Of a DNA stretch of 18,105 nt, positions 7,433 to 15,885 are shown one piece after another; position 1 is the stretch's first letter, and each line of letters begins with the position of its first letter. A model generated the notes under the pieces. The model was not told the origin of the DNA, did no database searches, and worked only from the letters and a program-made list of their open reading frames with translations. Origin of the DNA: Candidatus Brocadiia bacterium (GTDB lineage: Bacteria > Planctomycetota > Brocadiia > CAIUPP01); assembly GCA_050015075.1 (NCBI GenBank), contig JBEKCB010000052.1:1-18105 (forward strand), in the 5' to 3' direction. Position numbers and translations under genes: made by a program.

Positions 7433-8524
7433 TTACTCGACCTCGGTGAGTTTGAACTTCTTCGTCCCGTGGCCGAGTTTGTCCAGGTAGCCGACGACCG
7501 GGTACGGGTCCTTGCCGTGAATTCGCTCGAACAGGTGGCCCTTCTTGCCGAGCTTGAGCTTGGCCGGCAGCGTGCCGGGGATGAGGTCGCGGGCGCGGAT
7601 CATATCGAGCGTGGCGGTCTCGATCGCCACAATGTCGCGCCCGGCGAGGATGCCGATGTCCGGCACCAGCGCGTGCTGCGTCATCCCCCAGCAGTCGCAG
7701 AAGATCGTGATGTTCATCAGCATGTTGATGAACACTACGTTCTCGGGCGCGAAAGTGTTGAGCACTTTCGAAGTCGCAATGGCCAAGCCCTGCTGGAAGT
7801 CCTTGTACCGGCCGCCGACCATCTTCAGCGCCTTCTTCGGGCAGATCAGGACGCAGTGCTGGCAGAGCTTGCAGTGGTGGTAGAAGACGGAGAACTTCGA
7901 GTGCTCGAACCGGATCGCGCGGTTGGGGCAATTCTCCATGCAGATGTTGCAGCCCTTGCACTTCCTCTCGTCCCACTCCAGCCCGCCCTCCAGGCCGTGG
8001 AGCTTGCCGCGCGTTCGGCCGGTGACGCAGCCCATGGAGAGGTTCTTCGCCGCGCCGCCGAACCCGCAGTCGCCGTGTCCCTTGACGTGCGAGAAATCAA
8101 TCATCGCCTCCGCGTCAACGATCTCGCCGGCGAGTTCGACCTCGTTGAGCGAGAGGAACGCCGGCTCGACGGCCTGCTTGTAGAAGTAGCGGTCGGCCGT
8201 GCCGGTGGCCGAGACCAGCGGGCAGCCGAGCGTCTCGGCGGTATATCCGCGTTCGGCCGCGTGGAGCACGGAGCCGGGAGTATCGGTGACGAAGACCTCC
8301 TTCGCGCCCGCGGCCTTGACCTTCTCGACGAGTTTGCGGACGAAGTACGGGTGGATCGTCGAGAACCCGGTACCGCCTCCGAGGTGCATCTTGATCGCGG
8401 TCCGCTTGCCGGAGACCGCCCGGGCCAGGTCGAGCCGGTCGAGCAGCCGCGGCCACTTCGCGCCGATGGAATCCTTCGGTTCGAGAGTCTTCGGTGTGAA
8501 TCGCGCAAAAAGCAACTCCGCCAT
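7433..8524 (-). CDS. DUF362 domain Fe-S protein with an inserted 2x[4Fe-4S] ferredoxin domain (COG2768-like)
   Basis: AIKMHLG, HP.FV, SHVKGH…FGGA.KNL.MGC, CKGCNICMENCP and CKLCQHCVLICP, CDC, PDIGILA.RD.VAI. ATG 8524 follows RBS GAGGA. Confidence 0.9.
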   Translation of the reverse strand: MAELLFARFTPKTLEPKDSIGAKWPRLLDRLDLARAVSGKRTAIKMHLGGGTGFSTIHPYFVRKLVEKVKAAGAKEVFVTDTPGSVLHAAERGYTAETLGCPLVSATGTADRYFYKQAVEPAFLSLNEVELAGEIVDAEAMIDFSHVKGHGDCGFGGAAKNLSMGCVTGRTRGKLHGLEGGLEWDERKCKGCNICMENCPNRAIRFEHSKFSVFYHHCKLCQHCVLICPKKALKMVGGRYKDFQQGLAIATSKVLNTFAPENVVFINMLMNITIFCDCWGMTQHALVPDIGILAGRDIVAIETATLDMIRARDLIPGTLPAKLKLGKKGHLFERIHGKDPYPVVGYLDKLGHGTKKFKLTEVE

Positions 8525-8599
8525 GGCGTTCCTCACTTTACCTTTTCCACTGGTTGCCGAAAGGCTGCCGTCGAGATGACGGTCAGCGATGGAATGCGG

Positions 8600-8628
8600 A
8601 TTCTGACCATCGGAATCCTGCTTGTCAA
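8600..8628 (-). promoter_or_regulatory. sigma70-type promoter for the DUF362-hydrolase unit
   Basis: Minus strand TTGACA (8628-8623), 17-bp spacer, CAGAAT (8605-8600). Confidence 0.55.
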
Positions 8629-8696
8629 GTGAACTGTCATCGGCAGACTGCTTGCGGGCGGGTTGTCAAGCCTTGAGCGCGACCGAACGGCAACGC

Positions 8697-8731
8697 GACA
8701 AAGGCGCTTCTCTTCAGAGAGCGCCTTTGTC
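8697..8731 (-). terminator. Strong hairpin, probable terminator of the lipoprotein gene
   Basis: GACAAAGGCGCT pairs with AGCGCCTTTGTC (12-bp perfect stem), 23 nt past the stop at 8755. Additional outer pairing GAACGG/CCGTTC. Confidence 0.65.
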
Positions 8732-8754
8732 ATCGCGCGAACCGTTCAAGCGTG

Positions 8755-9090
8755 TCAGTATAAGACTTCGTTCAGCGCGGCTACTTCCGGCTCGGACGGC
8801 GCCCTGTAATCAGGATTCACAGGGACCAGGGCCTTGCAGCGCGGGCAATAATAAACCGTCTCTGTGTGCCAGTACGCGCCCTCGGGCATCACCATCACCT
8901 TCTGGCACGGCGGACAGACTACGCGCGTGAAGTCCAGCCCCTTGATGCTGCTCGTGACCTCCTGGCTGCTGCAATCCGGGCAAACAGCCAGCGGCTTGGA
9001 GGAAACGACTTGTCCGGCTGTCTGGCAGCCGCTCATCAGTATAGTGCTGAGAAGCAGCACGCCCAAGGACATCATCATGATCTTCGCCAT
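8755..9090 (-). CDS. Small lipoprotein with three CxxC motifs (putative metal-binding)
   Basis: Signal peptide with lipobox LMSG|C, motifs CPDC, CPPC and CPRC, RBS GGAGG. Confidence 0.8.
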   Translation of the reverse strand: MAKIMMMSLGVLLLSTILMSGCQTAGQVVSSKPLAVCPDCSSQEVTSSIKGLDFTRVVCPPCQKVMVMPEGAYWHTETVYYCPRCKALVPVNPDYRAPSEPEVAALNEVLY

Positions 9091-9139
9091 GATACGCCCT
9101 CCATTTTAATCCGCTTCCCAATGTTATGCCTCTAATTAA

Positions 9140-9167
9140 AGAGTATCTCCTAAAATGCTGTTGTCAA
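9140..9167 (-). promoter_or_regulatory. sigma70-type promoter for the lipoprotein gene
   Basis: Minus strand TTGACA (9167-9162), 16-bp spacer, TACTCT (9145-9140), in AT-rich context. Confidence 0.5.
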
Positions 9168-9241
9168 AAAAAGGGACCCGGACGGCGTCGAATGGCCGCA
9201 TCGGCCGCGACGTAAAGCCTTGCTGAAGCGCTGGTTGCGCC

Positions 9242-10549
9242 CTATTTGCGCGGCTCCAGCCGGCGGTCAACCACTTTTCCCTGCGGCTGAGCCCGCAGCG
9301 ATTTCGGCTCGACGAACGTGATCTGGGCTTGGACGTCCAGGACGGTTTCCACGCGCCGGGCAAGGAGCTGGCGAAGGTGCTCCAGCTTGCGCACCTCGTC
9401 CAGCGCCGGCATATTCCCCGACACCTCCACCTTGATCTCCATGGTGTCCTTGCCGTCCTCGCAGTCGAGGACGATTTCGTATTGAGGAAGGCTTCCTTCG
9501 ACTTCCGTCAGGATCGCCTCGATCTGCGACGGGAAAATGCTGGCGCCGCTGAAGAAGATGCGGTTGTCGAGGCGGCTGAGCACGCGGCTCATGCGCGCAA
9601 AGGTCCGGCCGCAGGGGCACGGCTCGGCGGTCACGGAGGCCACGTCGCCGGTCCGGTAGCGGATGATGGGGAACCCGTCCCGCGTGATGGTCGTGAAGAC
9701 CAGCTCGCCCGGCTCGCCGGCCGGCGCGGGCGCGAGAGTCCGCGGATCAATCACCTCGATGATGAAGTGGTCCTCGTTGACGTGAAGTCCCTTGCGCACG
9801 TGGCATTCGCCGGCCACGCCGGGCCCGAGGACGTCGGAAAGGCCGTACGTCTCGTGCGCGAGGATCGGCAGGCGCGCCTCAAGTTGCGCGCGGGACGCTT
9901 CGCCCCAGGGCTCGCCGCCGAAGATGCCGGTCCGCAACTGAAGGCGCTCGGGATGCACGTGCAGCTCCTCGAGCGTCGCGGCCAGCCGCAGCGCATAGTT
10001 GGGCGTGCAGATCAGCGCGGTCGTCTTGAAATCCTTCATAATGGTGACCTGCTTCTCCGAACTCGCCGTCGCGGGCGACGGGATCACCGACGCGCCGATC
10101 TGCTCGGCGCCCTGGTGGAAGCCGAAGGCGCCCGCGGAGAGATTGTAGGGGAACGCGATCTGCACGACGTCGTTGGCGGTAATGCCCGCCGCCGCCAGCA
10201 GCCGGGCGGTGTACTCGGTCCAGTTGCGAAGATCGTTGCGCGTGTACCCCATGACGATGGGCGTGCCGGCGGTCCCGGACGCGGCGTGGATCCGCACAAT
10301 CTCGCGCAGCGGCACGGCGAACATCTCGTACGGGTAGCTCTTCCCGAGGTCCTCGCGGGTGGTGAAGGGCAGCTCGCGCAGCGCCTCGGTGCTCTTGATC
10401 CGCTCGATGTTCACCCGGTGCGCGTCGAAGCTGTGCCGGTAGAAGGCCACGTTGCGATAGACGCGGTTCAAAGTGGACTGCAAGCGCTCCATCTGGAGCT
10501 GCTCCAGGTCGCCGCGCCCAAGCGTTTCGTTCTTTTCGGGGTGGTTCAT
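9242..10549 (-). CDS. Phenylacetate-CoA ligase family protein, divergent paralog
   Basis: PaaK-family motifs LPFTT.EDL..SYP, GYTRNDL..W, GIFGGEPW, YGLS, EC….GLH.NEDHF, GELV.TT, PIIRYRTGD, CPCGRT, FPSQIE. Several catalytic motifs are altered (see findings). Confidence 0.88.
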   Translation of the reverse strand: MNHPEKNETLGRGDLEQLQMERLQSTLNRVYRNVAFYRHSFDAHRVNIERIKSTEALRELPFTTREDLGKSYPYEMFAVPLREIVRIHAASGTAGTPIVMGYTRNDLRNWTEYTARLLAAAGITANDVVQIAFPYNLSAGAFGFHQGAEQIGASVIPSPATASSEKQVTIMKDFKTTALICTPNYALRLAATLEELHVHPERLQLRTGIFGGEPWGEASRAQLEARLPILAHETYGLSDVLGPGVAGECHVRKGLHVNEDHFIIEVIDPRTLAPAPAGEPGELVFTTITRDGFPIIRYRTGDVASVTAEPCPCGRTFARMSRVLSRLDNRIFFSGASIFPSQIEAILTEVEGSLPQYEIVLDCEDGKDTMEIKVEVSGNMPALDEVRKLEHLRQLLARRVETVLDVQAQITFVEPKSLRAQPQGKVVDRRLEPRK

Positions 10550-10558
10550 CGGTTGGCC

Positions 10559-11290
10559 TCACTCGTCAATGGTTCGGTAATCCTTGCCCAGATACGCCCG
10601 CTGCACGTCGCGGTTATCGAGGAGTTCCCGCGCCGACCCCTCGCAGACGATCTGGCCGGTCTCCAGGACGTAGCCGCGGTCGGCGATGCGCAGCGCGCTG
10701 CGGGCGTTCTGCTCGATGAGCAGGATCGTCATGCCCGCGTCGCGGAGTTCCGTGATCGTCCGGAAGATCGTCTGCACGACGCGCGGCGCAATGCCGAGGG
10801 ACGGCTCGTCCATCATGAGCAGCCGCGGCCGCGCCATCAGCGCCCGGCCGATCGCCAGCATCTGCTGCTCTCCGCCGGAGAGCGTCGCCGCGAGCTGCCG
10901 CTGGCGTTCGCGGAGGACGCCGAACAGGCGGTAAACGCCCTCCAGCGTCTGCTCGGCGCCGTTCGCCCGCTCGCGCCGCCGCACATAGCCGCCGAGCAGC
11001 AGGTTCTCCTTGACCGTCAGCGGGCCGAACACCTGGCGGCCTTCGGGGACGAGCGAGCAGCCGAGCGCGACGATCTGCTCCGGCGGCGCCTGCTCGATGC
11101 GCCGGCCCTGAAGGCTGATCTCGCCCGTCCTGGGTTCGATCAGCCCCGCGATCGTGGCCAGGAGCGTGGTCTTCCCCGCGCCGTTCGGGCCGATGATCGC
11201 CACGACTTCGCCCGGCGACACGTGCAGGGAAACGCCCTTGATCACGCGCAGGCTCCCGTAGCCGGCCTCCAGGTTGGCGATCCTAAGCAT
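10559..11290 (-). CDS. livF: HAAT-family (Liv-type) ABC transporter ATP-binding subunit
   Basis: Walker A GPNGAGKT, VPEGRQVF, LSGGEQQMLAIGRALM, MDEPSLG, EQNA, GYVLETG, AYLG. Confidence 0.93.
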   Translation of the reverse strand: MLRIANLEAGYGSLRVIKGVSLHVSPGEVVAIIGPNGAGKTTLLATIAGLIEPRTGEISLQGRRIEQAPPEQIVALGCSLVPEGRQVFGPLTVKENLLLGGYVRRRERANGAEQTLEGVYRLFGVLRERQRQLAATLSGGEQQMLAIGRALMARPRLLMMDEPSLGIAPRVVQTIFRTITELRDAGMTILLIEQNARSALRIADRGYVLETGQIVCEGSARELLDNRDVQRAYLGKDYRTIDE

Positions 11291-12053
11291 GGTCCTCGCC
11301 CAGGTAGATGCGGATGACTTCGCTGTCCTTCTGAATTTCCGCCGGCTTGCCCTGCGCGAGAATGCTCCCCTCGTGCAGGACGACCACCGCGTCGGAGATT
11401 TCCATGACGAGCGACATGTCGTGCTCGACGATGACGACGGTGATTCCCCAGTTGCGGATTTTTGTAATGAGCCGCGCCAGCTCGGCCGTCTCGTAGATGT
11501 TCAGCCCGGCGGCCGGCTCGTCGAGCAGCAGCAGCGACGGCTCCATCGCCAGGGCGCGCGCGAATTCCACCCCGCGCTGCCGGCCGAAGGAAAGGTTCCC
11601 GGCGGGCGTGTCGGCGTGCTCGGCGAGGTCGAGTTTCTCCAGGATGGCCAGCGCCGCGGCGCGGATCGCGCGCTCCTCCTTCCAGGTCCGCGGCAGATCG
11701 AGCATGCCGGCCAGGAACCCGGCGCGCGAGCGGATGTGGCGGCCGACCTGGACGTTCTCGGCCACGGTCATGCGCGGGAACAGCCGCGTGGTCTGGAACG
11801 TCCGCGCGATGCCCAGGCCGGCGATGGCGTGCGGCTTCCAGCCGGTGATCGGCTGGCCGCGGAACCGCACCACGCCGGATTCCGGCTTCAGCGCGCCGGC
11901 GATGATGTTGAGCGTGGTGGTCTTTCCCGCGCCGTTCGGGCCGATCAGCGCCAGGATGTCCCCTTCGGCGACGCGCAGCTCCAGGTCCCGGACGGCGTGC
12001 AGCCCTCCGAAAAACCGGTTCAGTCCCTGTGTGTCAAGCAGCCAGCGATCCAT
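11283..12053 (-). CDS. livG: HAAT-family ABC transporter ATP-binding subunit
   Basis: FGGL.AV, GPNGAGKT, GIARTFQ, LLLDEPAAG, VEHDM, YLG. Overlaps the livF start. Confidence 0.93.
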   Translation of the reverse strand: MDRWLLDTQGLNRFFGGLHAVRDLELRVAEGDILALIGPNGAGKTTTLNIIAGALKPESGVVRFRGQPITGWKPHAIAGLGIARTFQTTRLFPRMTVAENVQVGRHIRSRAGFLAGMLDLPRTWKEERAIRAAALAILEKLDLAEHADTPAGNLSFGRQRGVEFARALAMEPSLLLLDEPAAGLNIYETAELARLITKIRNWGITVVIVEHDMSLVMEISDAVVVLHEGSILAQGKPAEIQKDSEVIRIYLGEDHA

Positions 12054-13104
12054 CGAGTTTCTTCCGAATCCGGCGGAAAAGGCGCGGCAGGCGGACCAGC
12101 CCGTCCGGCGCGAAGAGCATGATGGCGATCAGGATCGCGCCGAAGACCGCGTCGTCATAACTGCCGAAGACTCCACGCAGCGAGAGGAAGTTCAGCAGCA
12201 CGCCCATCGTCAGCGCGCCCCAGAGGTTCGTCATGCCGCCGGCGGCGACGATGGCGACGTAGCGGATGGACTTGAACGCCGTCGCCTCGGACGGGCCGAT
12301 GCCGCCGCGGTAGTGCGTCGCAAAAACCCCGGCCAGCGCGGCGAGCCAGGCGCTCAGGACGAATACGGTCAGCTTGTAGCGCGCCACGTTGACGCCCAGC
12401 GCGTCCGCCGCTTCCTCGCTCTCGCGGATCGAGCGGAGCGCCCGGCCGACGCGCGACCGGACCAGGTTCGCGCCCAGGAGCATGACGATCACCACCAGCG
12501 TCCACGCGATATAGTAATTCTGCGCCGCGAACGGCTTGCGGCCGTTGACCTCCAGCCACCCGAACAACCGGAAGGGCGGCACGTCCGAGAACCCGTCCGC
12601 TTCGCCCAAACCCGCCGTGCCCAGGACCACCCGGTAGACGATGATGCCGAACCCGAGCGTCGCCATCGCCAGGTAATGCCCGCGCAGGCGGACCACCGGC
12701 AGGCCCACCAGCAGCGCCGCCGCGGTCGTGACGGCCATGGCGATCGCCAGCGCCAGCCACGGCGAAAGGTTCACGATAGCGTTGCCGTACAGGTCCTGCC
12801 GCTCGACGAGCAGGCCGAGCTGCTGGAGCAGCCGGACCGCGCTCCCGCCGCCGGAGGTTGCGACGGGGTGCGTGGTCAGGAAGGCCGACGTATAGCCGCC
12901 GATGGCGAAAAAGCCGGCATGGCCCAGCGAGATCTGGCCCGCATATCCCATGAGCAGGCAGAGGCCGAGCGCGACCAGCGAATAATAGACCGACATGGTG
13001 ATCTGGGTGAGGTAATACGCCGTCCCCGTCGCCGAAAGCGCCAGTTGCAGCGCAATCACGAAGAAGACCAGGCCTGCGATGGGAGCGTATCGCCGGGACC
13101 GCAT
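12034..13104 (-). CDS. livM: HAAT-family ABC transporter permease
   Basis: Start MRSRRY at 13104 is coupled to the livH stop (TGATG). Motifs GYAGQISLGHAGFFAIGGY, RLRGHYLAMATLGF, SRVGRALRSIRE.E.AA, P.GL. Confidence 0.92.
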   Translation of the reverse strand: MRSRRYAPIAGLVFFVIALQLALSATGTAYYLTQITMSVYYSLVALGLCLLMGYAGQISLGHAGFFAIGGYTSAFLTTHPVATSGGGSAVRLLQQLGLLVERQDLYGNAIVNLSPWLALAIAMAVTTAAALLVGLPVVRLRGHYLAMATLGFGIIVYRVVLGTAGLGEADGFSDVPPFRLFGWLEVNGRKPFAAQNYYIAWTLVVIVMLLGANLVRSRVGRALRSIRESEEAADALGVNVARYKLTVFVLSAWLAALAGVFATHYRGGIGPSEATAFKSIRYVAIVAAGGMTNLWGALTMGVLLNFLSLRGVFGSYDDAVFGAILIAIMLFAPDGLVRLPRLFRRIRKKLDGSLAA

Positions 13105-13994
13105 CAAAATTCCCCGAAAGCGTGCGCGTCGCGCCGCCCGAAAAGCCCGCTGGGCCTGAAGCAAAGCACCGCCAGCAGGACGACGATGGCGACGACATCC
13201 TGGTACGCGAGCGGAAAGAGGCTGATGCTGAACGCCTCCAGGAGCCCCAGCAGCAGCCCGGCCGCCACGGCGGCGACGCTGTTGCCGAGGCCGCCGAGGA
13301 TGGCCACCGTGAATCCCTTGATCGCCAGCGGCGCGCCCATGTCGTACTGGGTCTGGGTCACCGGCGAGATCACGCAGCCGGCCAGCGCGCCGACGCCCGC
13401 GCTGAGCATGAAAGAAGCCGTGACCATCCAGCGCACCTTGATCCCGCAGAGTTGCGCGGCGGTGCGGTTGGCGGCGCAGGCGCGCATGGCGCGGCCCGGC
13501 AGCGTGAACTTGAAGAACAGGCTCAGGCCCGCCACGATCAGCGCGCACGCGCCCAGCACCCAGAGCACCTGCGGCGAGACGTGCGCGCCCAGCAGCGTGA
13601 CCGACGAGACTTCCGTCCCCGTGAAGAACGGAAGCGCGTGCACCTTCTCGTCCCACACGTGCAAGGCCGTCTCGCGCAGGAGGATCGAGACGCCGATGGT
13701 GATGATGATCAGCCGCAGGACGGTCGGCTGCTTCGCCGGCCGGATGAAGAGGAGTTCCACCAGCGCGCCGATCAGCGCGGTGATCAGCGCGGCCAGGCCG
13801 ACCGCGAGCGCCAGCGGCATCCGCGCGGCCAGCGTGATGGCCGTCATCGCGCCCAGGACGACGAATTCGCCCTGGGCGAAATTGATGACGCCCGTGGTGT
13901 TGTAGATGATGTTGAAGCCGATGGCGACGATCGCGTAGATGCTGCCGACGGTGATGCCCGAAAAGCAGTATTGCACGATTTGGTCAGTCGGCAT
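13104..13994 (-). CDS. livH: HAAT-family ABC transporter permease
   Basis: GSIYAIVAIGF.IIY..TGVINFAQGEF, GRAMRA, KGF.VAILGGLG, RPSGLFG. Confidence 0.93.
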   Translation of the reverse strand: MPTDQIVQYCFSGITVGSIYAIVAIGFNIIYNTTGVINFAQGEFVVLGAMTAITLAARMPLALAVGLAALITALIGALVELLFIRPAKQPTVLRLIIITIGVSILLRETALHVWDEKVHALPFFTGTEVSSVTLLGAHVSPQVLWVLGACALIVAGLSLFFKFTLPGRAMRACAANRTAAQLCGIKVRWMVTASFMLSAGVGALAGCVISPVTQTQYDMGAPLAIKGFTVAILGGLGNSVAAVAAGLLLGLLEAFSISLFPLAYQDVVAIVVLLAVLCFRPSGLFGRRDAHAFGEF

Positions 13995-14009
13995 GGAGCA
14001 TCACGCGGG

Positions 14010-15173
14010 CTAATTCCTCTTGTAGAGCGCGAACTTGCCGTCCTTCACCGTCAGCATCTCGAACGCCGCCATGCCGATCCCGTTATGGTCTGTCTTCGAG
14101 AAATTGAAAACGCCCGCCGTGCCCACGACGCCCTGCAGGTTCTCGATGGCGTCGCGCACCTTCTCGGGGGCGGCGGAGCCCGCCTTTCGAATCGCCTCCG
14201 CCAGGATCGTCAGCGCGTCGTACGCATGGCCGCCGAACGTGCTGGTGTCCTCGTGATAGCGGGCTTCGTACTCCTTCTTGTACTCCATGAGGACTCTCTT
14301 CTGCGGGTGGCCTTCCGGGAGCAGGTCGGCGATGAGCATCCGCCCGGCCGGGAAAATGGTGCCGTTCGCCGCCGCGCCGCCGGCCTGGACGTACTTGATG
14401 TTGGCGAAGCCGTGGCTCTGGAAGAGCGGGACGTCGAAGCCCAGTTGCTTCATGTTCTTGGCCACCAGCGCCTGCGCCGGCACGGTGGACCAGTTGACCA
14501 CGGCCTGGACGTTCTGCCCCTTGATCTTGTTGAGCGCGCCGGTCAGATCGGTCGTCGCCTTGTCATAGACTTCGCTGCCGGCGATTTCGATGTGATCCTG
14601 CGGCGCGTATTTCTCCAGTTGCTCTTTGCCCGCGAGGCCGAAGCCGTCGTTGCTCGCCAGGACGCCGATGCGCCGGATGCCGAGTTCCTTCATCGTTTGA
14701 AAGATCCACTGCGCGGCGCAGGCGTCCTTCGGCGCCACCTTGAAGACGTACGGCGCCACCGGGTCGGTGATCTTCTCGGCGGCCGCGCAGGAGAGGAGAA
14801 TCGTCTTGTTCTCCTGGCAGATATTCTTGATCGCCAGGCTTTCGCCGGAGGTCGAAGGGCCGATGATCGCCAGGACGCCTTCCTCGTCAATGAGCTGGTG
14901 CGCGAAGGAGATCGCCTTTTCCGGGGTGCCTTCGGAGTCCTTCACGATCAGTTGGATTTTCCTGCCGAGCACGCCGCCGGCCGCGTTGATCTTCTCGACG
15001 AGCATCTCCGCCGTCTTCTTCTCCGGCGCGCCGAGGTTCGAAGCCGGGCCCGTGACGGAGAAAATACAGCCCACCTTGATCGGCCCCGACGCCGGTTCGG
15101 CGCCTTCCGCCGCCCACGCTCCGCCCACGACCGACGCGAGCGCCGCAATCGCGAACCACTGAAGGCATTTCAT
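14010..15173 (-). CDS. HAAT-family ABC transporter periplasmic substrate-binding protein (LivK/LivJ-like)
   Basis: Signal peptide (MKCLQW…AWA), PIKVG….TGP…LG, IN..GGVLGRKI.L, IIGP..SG, YDAL..L.EAI. ATG 15173 follows GAAAGGGG. Ligand may not be a branched-chain amino acid. Confidence 0.9.
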   Translation of the reverse strand: MKCLQWFAIAALASVVGGAWAAEGAEPASGPIKVGCIFSVTGPASNLGAPEKKTAEMLVEKINAAGGVLGRKIQLIVKDSEGTPEKAISFAHQLIDEEGVLAIIGPSTSGESLAIKNICQENKTILLSCAAAEKITDPVAPYVFKVAPKDACAAQWIFQTMKELGIRRIGVLASNDGFGLAGKEQLEKYAPQDHIEIAGSEVYDKATTDLTGALNKIKGQNVQAVVNWSTVPAQALVAKNMKQLGFDVPLFQSHGFANIKYVQAGGAAANGTIFPAGRMLIADLLPEGHPQKRVLMEYKKEYEARYHEDTSTFGGHAYDALTILAEAIRKAGSAAPEKVRDAIENLQGVVGTAGVFNFSKTDHNGIGMAAFEMLTVKDGKFALYKRN

Positions 15174-15210
15174 CGGATGGCCCTTTCTCAGCAAGGATGA
15201 CTGTGCGCCA

Positions 15211-15411
15211 GTGTACTGTCCCGCAAATCACGCGCGTGCGTCCAGCCCGCGTCATGTCGCGCGCAGTACGCTGCGCGCTCTGGCTGCTCGTAGTGTGCCC
15301 GTCAGGGCATACGACGTTGCGCCTGACGGCGCCACTACAAGCAGCGTTCGAGATTCTTCGCTTCGCTCAGAATGACCGCGCATTACGCAACTTATTTCCG
15401 GGACGCCACAC
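15211..15411 (+). mobile_element. Composite MITE-like repeat copy C (both termini, mini-hairpin, GTAG REP doublet, core right arm)
   Basis: Left end GTGTACTGTCCCGCAAATCA matches the reverse complement of the right end (GTGTGGCGTCCCGGAAATAA) at 15/20. REP doublet at 15290-15338. 86/94 identity to copy B. The right end is shared with copy D. Confidence 0.8.
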
Positions 15412-15421
15412 CCGCTCCTGC

Positions 15422-15853
15422 TCAGGGAATCGGCGGCGCCTCGTCGGACAGCACGGAGATCCCGTTCCGCCGAAGGACGGCGACCGCTTCGTCCACCGGG
15501 TCCACTTTGAAGATCACGACGCCGGTGTCCCCTTTCTTTCCCATGGAGGCGTACATGTATTCGACATTGAGAGCGTTGGCGTTGAGGATTTCCAGGATGC
15601 CGTGAATCGCGCCGAGCCGGTCCGGCAGCTCAATCGCCACGACCTCCGTCGTCTGGGCGGCAAAGTCGTTGGCCTTCAGCACGCTCAGGCAACTCGTCGG
15701 GTCGTTGACGATCAGCCGCGCCACCCCAAGGTCCATCATGTCCGCCAGGGAAATCGCCCGGATGTTGATCTTATTCTCGGCGAGCAGTTTCGTCATCTCG
15801 GCCAGGCGGCCTTTCCTGTTTTCCAGGAACACGGAAATTTGCCGGATGTGCAT
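15422..15853 (-). CDS. ACT-domain protein (tandem ACT)
   Basis: QISVFLEN.KGRL, INIRAISLAD…GV.RLIV, T.VVAIEL.D..G, NVEYMYA. This family is typically encoded next to paaK. Confidence 0.92.
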   Translation of the reverse strand: MHIRQISVFLENRKGRLAEMTKLLAENKINIRAISLADMMDLGVARLIVNDPTSCLSVLKANDFAAQTTEVVAIELPDRLGAIHGILEILNANALNVEYMYASMGKKGDTGVVIFKVDPVDEAVAVLRRNGISVLSDEAPPIP

Positions 15854-15885
15854 GGAGAACTCTCCCTTTCACGCCGACGCATTCG

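Noticed and set aside
7422-7976. N-terminal extension making the hydrolase ORF 442 aa (possible fusion or frameshift)
   Set aside because: It overlaps the DUF362 gene in another frame and reads as noise. A clean ATG exists at 7421.
8755-9090. Multihaem cytochrome c or selenoprotein interpretation of the lipoprotein
   Set aside because: No CxxCH motif. The TGA is followed two codons later by another TGA, and the downstream hairpin fits a terminator.
9166-9212. Intrinsic terminator after the paaK-like gene (T7 run on the minus strand)
   Set aside because: The T run is not directly preceded by a good stem and merges with the lipoprotein -35 box, so it was not called.
13105-13656. N-terminal extension of livM to 540 aa
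   Set aside because: Alternate frame of livH. The TGATG coupling at 13104 marks the true start.
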